Source of the DNA: a virus
Length of the DNA: 64,000 nt
Virus record (IMG/VR): IMGVR_UViG_3300031521_000021
Location: 32,001 to 96,000 of that record
Reading direction: 5' to 3' (one strand)
This document shows positions 24,622 to 37,774 of the stretch, piece by piece (the first letter of the stretch is position 1; each line of letters starts with the position of its first letter). A program made the translations under genes and the position numbers. The notes under the pieces were generated by a model. That model searched no databases and was not told the origin of the DNA. It saw only the letters and a program-made list of their open reading frames with translations.

Positions 24622-26228
24622 AAAATATTATCAAACAAACGTGAAAAATTATCAAAAATTCACGTTTGTTTGAATACTAACTATTGATAAAACTTATATT
24701 TTAACAAATTAATAGGAGGTTATAAAAATGAATTTTAATAATTTAGAAATAACATTAAATGATAAAAACAATATTGATTTTGGAATGGAGTTATTAAAAA
24801 TAAATGATATTTTATGTCAACGACTTGGTAAAAGGGTATTAGATAAAGCTATTAATAAAATTGTAAATAGTTTAGACAAAAATAATTGTATTGAAAATTA
24901 TAGAGAAACAATATTGCCTATAAATTATGTAAACATAAGATTAAGTAGTTTAAATTTAAATAGAGTATGTGAAAATATTAAATTATAAAGGAGTGATTAA
25001 GATGTTAGTGGTAAAAGTATATTCAAATGATAAACCATATGGTTATCTTGACAAAGAAAGATGGGATATTACAGAAAATATGAGCAATGCAATGATATTT
25101 AATGATAAAGAAATAGAAGAAGCTAAATATACTGCTGAAAGATTTGCTGATTGTTTTGATAGTGATGAAGAATATTGGACTACATGTAAAGTGGCTAGAT
25201 GGGAAGTAAAAGAAACTATAATTTGAGAATATGTTTGCTTGTGTAATTATAAAGGAGGATTAATATGGACAATAAAGATTATGGATACATAGAAAAAGAA
25301 TTTAAAAACCAAAAAGAGGATAATATGAAACCAGTTAAATTTACTAAATCATTATTAGATGGTTTATTTAAGAAATTTAATACTTATGCTTATACTGAAC
25401 TTTATTATGATTCGGAAGTAGACGACGATGATAGAAGTTATAAAGGTGAAAATATGACTGATGAAGAATGGGAACAATATAAGAACAATTATGATTCTAG
25501 AAGATTTAATAATTGGTGTGACCCTTATGAAGAAGGTATCTGGGGATTTACTAATCAAAGAATTAAGAAATTAATTATATATGAATTAAACAATCTTAAA
25601 AAGTATCAATATATTAATTTAAATGATATTAGATTTTATATGAATGAAACTGAAGAAAAAGTCAATATTTATTTTTATGGTAGAGATTTAGAAGACTTAC
25701 AATGTGATTATTGGTTTTGTTTTTATAAGTCAGAATCTAACAAATGTTTAATCTGTAAGAAAGGTTCTTGTTGGAAACATTCAAGATGTGGTGATAAGAA
25801 AATAAAAATTTTAAATTAGAAGATATAATAAAGGTTATTAAGATAAAAGGGAGCGAAAGTAATGAAAGTATATAGAATATGGATAGCTTATAAATCAAAA
25901 ACTAACATTAATACTTTGATACCATACAAAAGAAGACGTTTTGTGTTTCATAATGATGAAGAATGTGAGAATTATATAAGAAATAGAATTAAAAACGTTA
26001 TAAAAGATGTTTGGCATTTTTCAAGTGCAAGTTATGCAATATTAACAGAAAATGACACATATATAATTGGAAGAATAGTTGAGTAAAAATATATTAAAAC
26101 CACTTAAAATCTAAATTTGAAGTGGAATTGTTAAGGCTAGAGATAGCCTTATTTTTATGAATTAAAATATTTTATAATTCTATTAATTTGTTATTGCAAT
26201 AGTAAAAATACTATGATATACTAAATAC

Positions 26229-26262
26229 ATACATAAGAGATATACATAAGAGATATACATAA
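26229..26262 (+). repeat. 13-bp tandem repeat ATACATAAGAGAT (about 2.6 copies) in a 5' leader
   Basis: Read directly; follows promoter TTGCAA-17-TATACT. Confidence 0.8.
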
Positions 26263-26886
26263 TTCAAACAAATTAATAAAATAAAGGAGTGTTAATTATG
26301 AATGAAATTGTTAAACTAAACAATGAAAACTGTAATAAATGTCCTTTTAAACAATTAGAGATCGTATCTATCAATCCAGTTATAAAATCTTGTACCAGAT
26401 GTAAGGAGAATTAATAAGTATGACTGATTATGTAAGAAAAGTTCATCAAGTTTTAATAGAAGGAAAAGAAAAAATTATTATGGTTCATAAAAATATGTTA
26501 TCTAAAGATGATATAAAATTAATTAAAAAATTAGAAAAACTATATCATAAAAAGGTAAAATTAAGTTCATTACAAGAGATTATGAATAATAAAGACATTA
26601 ATGTTTGTATAGTAGAATAAATCAATAGAAAGGGTGTTAGAATATGTTTTTAGGTGGGACAACTGAACAATGGATTCAATTATTACAATATTGTATTATA
26701 GTATTAGTTTTAGGAACAGGATCGGTTATATTTAGTTGTATATTGACTAATAAAATATTATATAAGAAAAGGAAAAATAATTTTAAGGCTAAGACTAAAA
26801 AGAAAAGCTATTTTATAGATGTTGCTTAGTTCTGTTAAAACAGGAACTTTAATAGATTTAAATATAATAAGTTTAGGAGGGATGAC

Positions 26887-26961
26887 ATGAATAAAAATAA
26901 TATATATTTATTAATAATAGCAATATGTGCCTTTTGTATGATATTTATTAATATGAAATAA
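26887..26961 (+). CDS. 24-aa hydrophobic micro-protein MNKNNIYLLIIAICAFCMIFINMK
   Basis: AGGAGG RBS; own terminator AATCGTC-AGAGAT-GGCGATT-T-run. Confidence 0.5.
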   Translation: MNKNNIYLLIIAICAFCMIFINMK

Positions 26962-28093
26962 AATACTCATATTATATGAATGTAGAATCGTCAGAGATGG
27001 CGATTTTTCTTTTACAAAATTTAAAAATATTTTCCAAAAACTATTGATTTAATTCTATTAATTTGTTATACTTAATTCAAGAAGTAAATCAAATCTAAGA
27101 CGATTCAAGTTAGACATAATTTATTAAGTTAGTGCAATACTAACACACATATTTAAAATAAAAACAAATTTAAAAATTTAGTTTATAATTGGTAAATATA
27201 TAAAGTAATAAACTCACCAATATGGGAGTTAAATATAGAGGAGTGTATTATAAATGAATAATTTAGAATTAAACCAAATGAAAATTGATGGTGCTACAGA
27301 AAGATTAGTATCCAGTATTGAAAATTTAATGAATAGATTAAATGAGGAATTAGATATGATAAAAATTAATAAAGAAAAAGGATTAGATTATCAACCAAAT
27401 TCATTAGGAATAGTTCAAGATAAAGGAAGAGAGATAGATAATCTATGTGGACGTTTAGGTGGGTTATATGAAATGAAATCTATATTGGATGGTAGTAGTG
27501 ATTTACTTTGATAAATAGTTGTTGGAGGAGATAATCCTCCTTACATAGATAAAATATTAAATAGAATTGGAGGAATGATTAGAATGAATATATTAAATCT
27601 ATTTAAGAAAAAGAAAATTGTAGATATACCAAAAGAAGATCAAGAGTTAATTAAAATGGCTGAAGAAATGTTATTAAACAAAACAATACGAGCTAATAAT
27701 ATGGGTGGTGGGTTTGATAAAGTTAAGTTAATAAAATGCACAGGAATAATTACTGATGAATATTCAGATACAACGAGTAAGGATAGAAGAGTAAGATTTG
27801 AAACTGATGATAGTTGGATAAAAGGTGTTTCTTATGAAGATTATGAAATCATAAAAATGTATAATAATTATTTAAATACTGGAAAAATAAATTAAAACAA
27901 CTTAAAAATCAAATTTTAACAGGATGGAGGAATAAAATTTTGGGTAAAAATTGGGTTAGAAACCAAATAAGAAAACAATATAAAAGAGATAAACATGATG
28001 AAGAATATCAATTTCCAATGTGTCATAAGTGTGAGCAACGTGAATTTGTTGTAGAAAGACATACTGACATATGTAAATCGTTGAATAAAGATA

Positions 28094-28588
28094 TTGGACA
28101 ATCTGTATTCGGTAGGAATAGTCCAAAGTGTTGTCCTAAAAGAAATGAGATTAATAGGGGTGTTAATAATGAAAATAGTAGAAGAATCTATTAATAAACA
28201 AATTATAGAAACATATAAAGATGAATTATTTCTATTCGCTGAAACTGAAGAAGATTTGAAGGACAAACATATTCTAAAAGTTATTGATGAATATAATGAA
28301 GTAGTTTCCATTGCAATGTATAGTAATTTAGACAATGAAGAATTAGAGTTATACATAGATGGTAGTAAACAAAATAATGTAAAAGATACAATATGCAAAG
28401 GAATCTATTTAGATGCTATCACAAGTCTAAAGAAAGGCTATAATGTATGTAAATATATTATTGGTTATCTAATGGATAAGAACAAAACTATTTGGTGTTA
28501 TAGCTATTGTGATGCAGTTGAGTTTTGGAAGAATAAAATGAATTGGTTTGACTTAGGTGAAAATATTTTTGTTAATCAATTAAGTTAG
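28094..28588 (+). CDS. Probable GNAT-fold acetyltransferase-like protein (start probably near 28169)
   Basis: IYLDAITS.KKGY....I..L, then AVEFWKNKMNW resembling GNAT motifs A and B. Confidence 0.5.
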   Translation: MDNLYSVGIVQSVVLKEMRLIGVLIMKIVEESINKQIIETYKDELFLFAETEEDLKDKHILKVIDEYNEVVSIAMYSNLDNEELELYIDGSKQNNVKDTICKGIYLDAITSLKKGYNVCKYIIGYLMDKNKTIWCYSYCDAVEFWKNKMNWFDLGENIFVNQLS

Positions 28589-28893
28589 GAGGAAGAAAAA
28601 TGAAATATAATTTCTTTGAACAGATAATGAAAGTTTGTGATAATTATAATATAAATGCCACTTTAAAGTTCATAGGTGATGTTAATACAAAGATTAATGA
28701 ACTCATAGAACGTGGAATAAGTGAAAGTTGGATAAAAGAGAATATAGAAGTAATAGTTTTAAAATAAAAGTAAATAAATTAATAGAAACAGTATTGAAAT
28801 TATAACTGGAATATGATATATTGATAGTAGGAAATACATATCAAGTTAAGGAAGTTAATGTTAAAATAATATTTATGAGGATGGTGTGTTAAA

Positions 28894-31344
28894 ATGAAAG
28901 TTAAATTTATAAGAGATGAAGAATTTACACAAGAAACATGGTTAAATGAAAATGAAAAAGGACAAGTAATAACAATTCATAAAGGTGAGACTTTTAAAAC
29001 TGGATCATGGGGATATGGTGGTATAGAATCTGTTTTGACTAATAAAGGTGAATGGATTTGTGATGTAGATTGTAAAGAATTTAGTGAGTTATTCGAGATA
29101 CTTGAAGAAGAAAGGTTAAGAAGTGAAGATGGTTATCACTATATAAAGCAAGGATTAAGAGAAGGTATTATTGGAATATATGAATTAGGTTGGAAAACAT
29201 CTTGTGATTTTTATGATTTGACAGTTACGACAGTAGACGAAATTGTAAAAGGGTTAAAAGAAAAATATAATTTTGATGAAAATAAATCTTTAGTATTTAT
29301 CAATGAAAACATAAAAATAATAGTAACTTAAAACAAGAGTTTTATTAACTCTTTGAAATCAATTATCAATTGAAAGGAGATGAGAAAGATGTTAAATAAA
29401 ACAAAATACGAAAAACAATTAGAATTAATTGAACAAGCATTAAAAGAAAAATTAGAAGAACTACATAAATAAAATAAAAAGAATGGAGATAAAGGAATGA
29501 ACAAGAGAATTTATTATAAAAAACTAAATAAATTTATTAGTGAAAATATTGATAAAAAGTTATATGGAAAAATTGTATATCATGATGTGTGTAAAAATTG
29601 CGAATATAAAGATCCCAATTGTAGAATGGATTGTGATGGTATGCCTAGATATTTTAATTTTCAATTTTATAATAAAGAATTTGATAAATTTATGACGAAT
29701 GCATTAGGTAATACTATAGATTTTGACATTTCAGAAAAAAGAATAAATAATAAATTAATGCATTATGTATTAAGAGATAAAAATAAATATTTAAAAATAG
29801 TTTATAGTGAAGATTATATAACAGTTAAAAATAAATTTAGAATCAGTCCATTTGATTATGAAAAAGAATTAGTAGGTGTATTTGAAATTAAAGATAGAGG
29901 ATGGAAACTATAAAATAAGGAGGTATGTTAATTATGAATGGTGAAGAAACAATAAGAAAAGATATTAAAGAAATAGAAAAATTATTATATCAAGCTGAAC
30001 ACAATTTAAGAGGATATTACTCACTATTAGAGTGTATTGACGAAGCAGAAATGATAAAAGAAGAAATATTATCTTATGATTGCCATACTAATGAACACAT
30101 AAAGCGTATAGATTTATTAATTGAAAAATATGAGACTTTATCAGATGCTGAAGATACATATTATCAGCTAGAAGAAGATGGTGTATTTGATGATTGGGAT
30201 TAATTTAGAAAGAAGGTGAAAATATGAATTATAATTTAACACAAGAATTTGAAACTCTAGCTGATAACTATTCATACATAATTGATAGTAAAAATAATTT
30301 TATTGGATATATAAATGAATTTATTTCAGTTAAAGTAGGTGGAACATCGGCTTTAATAGGTGAAGATAAAGTTATCTTTAAACAAGCTAAGACTAGAAAA
30401 ACAGATAGTCAAGGGAGAAGTTATAGACCTATAATAATAATATATGTAGATAAACAAATTAAAGATGATAATATTAAAAAAGTTTATAGAGATTATAATG
30501 GAAACTATTACTACTCTTATAATGAAGAAGAAAATCCATATGTTTGTTCATTTGATGAATTACAATTGGGATATGGTAAATTACAAAAAAGAGAACTTGA
30601 AAAAACCGATAATATGGTTTTAGTTATTGGTCTTCAAGTTTGGGTATACTCAGAACGTTGGGACGATATTTTTCTAAATACAATTGAAAAAGTTGAATGC
30701 ACTCAAATATATACAAGAGAATATAAAAAAGCTATTCCAGTAAAATATATATTCCTAACTAAACAACAAGCAGATGAATTTAACAAAGATTATAAAATCA
30801 AGGTATATAATTCTTTGTTAAATGATAATGAATGGTTATGGACGGCTGAAGCTTATATAAGAGGAAGTATAAAGATTAATAGATGCGAAAAAAGATCATT
30901 GTTAAAAATTATGGATAAAATAGACAAGTCTACAATAACATTTAAAGAATATAAATTTGATAAAATATAGAACAAAAGGAGAATAAATAAATTATGGAAA
31001 CTTTAATGGAAGAGTTTATATCAACAATGCAAGATTTTGGTTTCAAATATACTATATCTGATAGAGATACTTTAACTAAGTATTTTTATAATAATAGAAA
31101 GTTTAAAATAACTGGAACAGAAGATATTTGTATTCGCAATGAAATAGTCACAATAAAATTACAAGAGGATTATGACGAGATAGAGTTTGAAATAATAAGT
31201 GAAGATTGTAAAGAACGATTTAATATAAGTAAAGAATGTACTATACATTATAATGTTGATAAGAGAGATATAGTTACTATTCAAATTTTCGATGTCTTTG
31301 AAAAGGGTTGTGAGCCAGATATGGAAATTACTTTTAGAAGATAG
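28894..31344 (+). other. Hypothetical genes (28894, 29497, 29925, 30224, 30994)
   Basis: RBS-preceded ORFs, no recognised domains. Confidence 0.65.
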
Positions 31345-31376
31345 TATTATTTATATTTCAAAAGGAGGTGGTGATC

Positions 31377-31557
31377 ATGAAACAAGATGTTATAAGAGAA
31401 GACTTAAAAAACTACTTGAAAGAGAATGGAATAAAATCCAAATTTATTACTCAAAAAATTTGGTATTTCAGCAAGTATGATAAGTTACTTTGTCAATAGT
31501 AAAAAGAATTTATTAGCGAATAAATTAAATCTAATTTCAAATATTATATACAAATAA
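31377..31557 (+). pseudogene. Frameshifted Cro/XRE-type HTH gene
   Basis: AGGAGGTG RBS; MKQDVIREDLKNYLKENGIKSKFITQK then, in the shifted frame, GISASMISYFVNSKKNL; extra base in AAAAAATTTGGT. Confidence 0.65.
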
Positions 31558-31585
31558 AATAAATTATAAAAGGAGAAATACAACT

Positions 31586-32977
31586 ATGAAAAAAGAATTA
31601 ATATTAAAACAATGGCAAAAAGACATTGTAGAAGATGAATCTAAAATAATAATGGCTAATATAAGTCGAGGAGGTAGTAAGACTTTTATATTAGCTAATA
31701 AAGTATTATATGAAAAGCCCAATATTGTTTTATACATAAGTAATTCTAAAGAATTAAAATTATTTGAAGAGCAATTCAATGAAATATTTAAATTAGATGA
31801 TGATATTAGAGAATCTGTAGAGTATTTTGAATGCAACCCAACCCATATTCTTATAAGATTTAAAACTAAAGCAACAATTATGATTTATAAAGAAGATACA
31901 ATTCCAAAGGATGTTGAAATAGATATGGTATTATTTGATGATTGCTTGCCTCAATTGGATATTAAAGCAGATAACTATGTATCTATATTTACTATTAAAT
32001 ATCCTATAATGAATCTATTTAATTGTAGAAAATATATTAGTTATTATGTTATAGGCATTAAAAAACTCGAAGAATCAGGATATTTAACCAAAGAGCAAAT
32101 AAAAGATACTAAACAGGATATTGGAGAGTTAGATTTTGATAAATACTTTGACCTTTGTGATGAATATAAGAAAATGTTTGAAGAAAAGCCAGTTCGAGGA
32201 TTAAGAAGAAAAGCTAATTTATATGAAGAAAGTGCTGGAAATTTTAAACCTAATAATATTTACCTAAATCAAAAAGAAAGAGATGTTATAAAAATTCAAA
32301 TGGAGCAAGTGTTATATAGTTTTGAAAACCAAGTAGATAGTTGTCTTAGAAAAAGTGAGTTACAACTAGCAAAAGTTAATCATAATGTGGTAGATACTAC
32401 TAGAAGTATTTTAAATAAGTTTGAAATTGCTGATTGTGAAGAACCAAAAACTTTTAATTATTACTTAACTATGGACTTAAATAGAGATGGAGAAAATAAA
32501 GCTATATTATTTTATCAATATGATAATGAATTAAAAATAGAAAAATTTATTTCTTTTGATGATAAAAAGTTGGGAGATATTGCACATAAACTTATTGATG
32601 AAATAAAGCCATATAAAAATGGTAAAATTATAATTCCTAATGTTGTATGGGGTCAGAATTTAATAGATTATATAAAAGCAGAAGGATTTGAAAATATTCT
32701 AGAATTAGATGGAAAAGATTTTAATAAATGTAACATTTATAATTTAGAATTATTTAATAATAAAAATTTAATATATAATTTATCAGAAAATAATAGAAAA
32801 GATTTTGATTACTATGCTGAATTTTCACAATTGAAAAAACAATTAGATAATTTAGTAATAAGAAGTAATTCAGAAGGTAGTCATATTATGCTTGATAGAA
32901 AAGATAATAGCATTGATAAATATTGGATTGTGATTGTATTTTTTACTTTTTATAAATTAGGCTTCAAAATAAAATAA
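31586..32977 (+). CDS. Degenerate terminase-large-subunit-like protein (ATPase-like N-terminus, RNase H-like C-terminus)
   Basis: LKQWQ...IMANISRGGSKT (Walker A-like), VLFDD (Walker B-like), YYLTMDLNR, C-terminal DK. Confidence 0.5.
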   Translation: MKKELILKQWQKDIVEDESKIIMANISRGGSKTFILANKVLYEKPNIVLYISNSKELKLFEEQFNEIFKLDDDIRESVEYFECNPTHILIRFKTKATIMIYKEDTIPKDVEIDMVLFDDCLPQLDIKADNYVSIFTIKYPIMNLFNCRKYISYYVIGIKKLEESGYLTKEQIKDTKQDIGELDFDKYFDLCDEYKKMFEEKPVRGLRRKANLYEESAGNFKPNNIYLNQKERDVIKIQMEQVLYSFENQVDSCLRKSELQLAKVNHNVVDTTRSILNKFEIADCEEPKTFNYYLTMDLNRDGENKAILFYQYDNELKIEKFISFDDKKLGDIAHKLIDEIKPYKNGKIIIPNVVWGQNLIDYIKAEGFENILELDGKDFNKCNIYNLELFNNKNLIYNLSENNRKDFDYYAEFSQLKKQLDNLVIRSNSEGSHIMLDRKDNSIDKYWIVIVFFTFYKLGFKIK

Positions 32978-33123
32978 ATTAAAGAGAATATACAAAAGAT
33001 AAAACCTCCTTGTGGGGTAATTCTAGTATATCTAATAGGTATTTTAGAATTAATTCACAAGTGAAAATCTCTGTGGATTATAAATATTATAGGTGACGAC
33101 TGAGCGTCAAAAGGAGAATTTTT

Positions 33124-36100
33124 ATGTTAAATAATGAACAACAAATTAAAAAATTAAATTCACTAATTAATTTGGTGAAACCAGCTATGGAACAACATGA
33201 TATTAAGAAAGTAAGGGATTTAAACAAGCTTTATGTTGAAACTCTTAGTTCTATGAATTGTGCAGTACCTAAAGAAGAAACATGGATTAATACATATCAT
33301 GAAGGTGTAGAAAGATGGTGTGATAAAGAATTTATGGAAGTTTCAGAAAACCCAGATAAACATGGCGAATTTACAGTATCTTTGTTACAGGATTTAGAAA
33401 GAATTAAAAGAGATATAAAGGCATTATGTAATAAATCCAGTATACCATTAGTTAAATCTTCATCAAATTATGAAATTGATTTTGGGGCAGAACTAGAAAA
33501 GAAAAGAGTTGCTAGGGATAAAACACAAGAGATATTCAATGCCACAATATTATCAAATGTGCCTTTAATTGAAAAAATGTTGAGAAGCAGATTTAAAGTT
33601 ATATCTGAAAATAAAAATGGATTTGAGGAATTAACTATTATTGAATATACTAATAATAGTTATACTCAAGAAATCAGGAAATATACTTTTAAATATGATG
33701 AAGTTCAATATAAATTAGGAGAATTAGTTGATATCACTAAAAAAGAACTGATTAAATTTGTATTTAGATTTATATCTTTAGATAATGATTACATAGTTTA
33801 ATGAAGTTAATTAAATTTACCGTTTTTATTAAATATCAGTTTATATAAGTCATAAATAAATTAGAACAATTAGTTAAATAAAATAAGAATCCTATGTTTA
33901 ATTGAACATTTAGAGATGTTTAACAATGATAATATGGGATTCTTATTTTATAAAATTATAATAGCAATATTAATAATAATTATGTATATATTTTACATTA
34001 AATGGTATAATAATAAATATATAAATTTGAAAGGGTGGATTTTATAATGGATATTAGTGTTTCTAGTGATAATACAGTTACTAACAGACATAAAGAAAGA
34101 GTAGAATGTTTACTAAATAAAGAGAATTTTAAATTAAAAAGTATTTCAGACAAGTGGTTTATTGGAACGTCTGATAGTCATACTGATAGGGTTTATATGG
34201 TTGATAAAAATACAAAGCAAGAATACTCTATTTGCTTCTTTGATAAAAAATATGGTTATGAATATAAGGTGTTTAAAAGAGAGCCTTTACCAGATTATGT
34301 TTATGATAAGATGATAAAACAACGTCCAGAATATAAGACAGGGGTTACTGAAATAGATAATGGAAATATAGAAATATTTATTCCAAGAAGAAAGAATTTA
34401 TTTGAAGAAATTATTGAACAACAAAAGCTAGAAGATAAGATTTTTAATTCGGGATTGTTTATTTTAAATGTTACATCAATGGATGATATTGATAATAACT
34501 CAATTCAAGTAATTAATGGTATTCATAAATGTATTATAATAAAAATGATGACAAAAAGTGATATTGATGCAACAGTAACCCACTTTAATATATTACGAGA
34601 GAAATTCCCTGATATAGAAGTATTCACATTGAAATGTAATTCATCTAAAGCAATAATTAGTGATGCATATGATTATTTAGAAAATAAGGGATATAATATT
34701 GAAACTGGAGTTAAACCAGTTAGTTTATAATAAAAATAGAAATGAGGCTATGTAAATGGAAAAGATAAAAACGTTAAGTTATAAAGAATGGGAAAAACTT
34801 AGTAATGCAAAAGATAAACAAGAAGAGTTTAAAAATATTCTAGGTTTAACGGGTAGATATATATTAGGTGATACCGCAGTATCAATTGAAAATTCTGAAA
34901 TATTAGGAGCTTATAAACACAGAGAAAATGGCAGAGACTTTTATTATATAGTTGTAAATATACTTAGTAAAGAACATGCTTTTGCTTGGTCTTTATTTGA
35001 AGTATTGACTAATGGTGAACAAAGAGAAAGAGATAAACAAAATTAAGAAGGCTGAAATATGTCTTCTTTTCTTTATTATATGGTGTTAAATAACTTGTAA
35101 TAAGCTTATAAAATCGGTATTTTAATAAAAAATATTTCTATTAATTTATTTAAAAAGTATTGCTTTATTGGTAAATAGTGCTATAATTATATTATCAGAT
35201 AAGGTATAAGCCATTCGGCAGTAACCAAAGAAAGCTATTCTTACTTTATAGCTGAATCAATACATATTTAATAAATTAATAGGTATATTAAAATAAGGAG
35301 AGTGAAATCATGGGATGGATAAACAAAGAAAATTTAAAGGTTAAAGAATTAAATGATTTACATCCAGCAGGAAAATTATTTGAGGGTGTGAATTATGATA
35401 GTGTAAAATATTTTAAAGATGATGATACAGATAAACTATGGGAAATTTCATTGTGTTCTGATGGAAGTTTTGATAAGAGGGTTAAACAATTAGAGAAGGC
35501 ACAGAAGGTTAGCAGTTTATTGAAAAGTTTTGTATTATAAGAGGAGGAGGGATTATTATGGGATCATTTAAAGTAAAGAATAATGATAAATTAAAAGGCA
35601 TATTTATTGGATTTGTTAAAGGTGAATATGTGGACTTGTTTACATACTGACAAAGAGTGAGATTAAATATTAATGATGTTGAACTAGTGGAGGTGTTATA
35701 AAATGTTAAAAAGAAAAATAGGAGACAACGTAAATATTAATCCATACACAAATATAACAGGAATAATTATAGATTCTAAAGAAATAACTCAACCTTTTAA
35801 TTCAAACTATGATTATATTGTAAAGTTCAATTGTTTAGTTGATATGGGTTGGGGTTGGCAAGAACAAGAATATTATAAAGATGATGAATTAGATAAACTA
35901 GAAAAGAATTGGAATATAATTAAAGGAAGCAAGTAAAATATTGATATTAAGAGGAGTTGTAAATAATGGACAAAAAATAATAACAAATAATAAAGATAGT
36001 TGGAAATTATATTTAAATGGTGAATTGATTGAAGATTATAAAACTGAACAGGAATTAAAGAATTTTTTAGCCAATCAAATTATCTATGAAGCTAAATTAA

Positions 36101-37670
36101 TAGCCATTAAAGAATTAATGATGTATCCATGCAGATATAAGGTTAATGGAAAATATGATTACGAAATTAATAAGGATCAATTGTTAGTGTATAGTAATTG
36201 GTATCAAGAAACAATTGAGAATTGTAAAACGTATGAGAAATGGTGGAATAATATAGATGATAAATTAGAAGAGTTAATGAAATCATAATTTCATTGGAAG
36301 TGAGGTAGTAGAAATGAATAATCAAAAAAGACCACCTAAAAAGAAAAATCAAAAACCTATAACTGGCGAAATATTTTATCCAACTACAGAAGAAGGAAAA
36401 AGACTTTTTAATGAAAGTAGTTCAACAGTAATGTTTGATATTTTAGAAAATAAACTTGGATCAGATGGATTAGATAAGCTTATGAAATTATATAAAGAAA
36501 AGAAGGGAGTAAAATAAAATGAATATAGATGATTTAGTAGTATATAATAATGATATAAGATTAAGGAAATTTGAAGATGGTAGAAAATACGCAATAATAT
36601 TAGATGTATATAGAGTTATGTCTTTAGAAGAAGATAATGGTTATATAGATGTAATTGATATTAATACCAATAGACCAGTTAAAGCTAGAAAAGATTGTTT
36701 AATTAAAGTTTATGGAGGTAATTAAAAATGAATATTAATGAAGGTTATTTAGAACAAAGAAAAATATGTAAGGATATGTATAGTTATTTAAATCAACTTT
36801 TAGATAAATTAGATGAAGATACGTCCAAAGAAATAAATAAAAAACTAGATGAATTTTATCTTAGAATGCAAAATGCTTAACTGAAATAAGTTGTTAAAAA
36901 CATTGGTTTATGGTAATAAAATAAATTAAATAATAAATGGAGGAATGAAAATGTTAAAAAATATTAAAACAATTAAATGTCCTATATGTGGGTGTGCTGA
37001 CATAGTAGAAGAAAGTGTAGAAACTAGTTCTCATACAGATGTTCTTACAATAAGAGAGCATTGTAATGGTACTAGATGGGAGTCTAGAAAATTCTTGTGT
37101 GGATATAAAACAAATTTCATACCAAATTTTTTAAGTGAAGAAAAAGATAAATATTGTGACTGTTCAAACGACCTTAAAGTTATTGCTAGAAAAGAGAAAG
37201 AAAAACAAGACAAAGAAAACTTTATAAAGTTATTAAATGAAAATAATATTTCAGAATCAATAATTGAAAAAGTTAAAAGATATTGCTTGTAAAACTATCA
37301 TTTTAATAATAAATTAGTGTTAGTTTTTAGAAAATATAACTTAAAAAGGGTTGTATTTTAGATGAGAATAGCATATAATTAGAATATAAACAAATTAATA
37401 AACATTTGGAGGTAATATATTATGAATAAAAACAAACAAGAAAATAAAAAGAATATTGATGAAATTATTTTTAAATTGTTTGAAACTATGGGGAAATTAC
37501 AAGGTGATTTAAATAAAGAGATGAATAAAATAGAAAAGTATGTAAAGAATAGAGAAGAATATAATCCAAATTTAGATTATGTAGAAAGAATGGGAAGCGA
37601 TATAATTTCTTTAGGAAAAGGACTTAATGAACTATATGAAATTAGAGATATATTAAATAGTGAAAAATAA
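33124..37670 (+). other. Hypothetical genes (33124, 34035, 34756, 35310, 35703, 35941, 36314, 36519, 36945, 37422)
   Basis: RBS-preceded ORFs; 37422 resembles 27254. Confidence 0.65.
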
Positions 37671-37774
37671 AATTAGTATTAACTTTTTGGCAATATAAGT
37701 AAAAAAATACTTGTATTGCTTGGAAAATTAATATATAATATAGATATAAACAAATTAATATAACAAAGAAAGGG

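Larger units (their letters stand above)
24728..28194 (+). other. Short hypothetical genes (24728, 24969, 25265, 25862, 26420, 26644 membrane, 27254, 27575, 27940)
   Basis: RBS-preceded plus-strand ORFs. Confidence 0.65.

Noticed and set aside
31292-31480. 62-aa ORF in the track
   Set aside because: Overlaps the upstream gene and has no RBS; the real unit appears to be the frameshifted HTH starting at 31377
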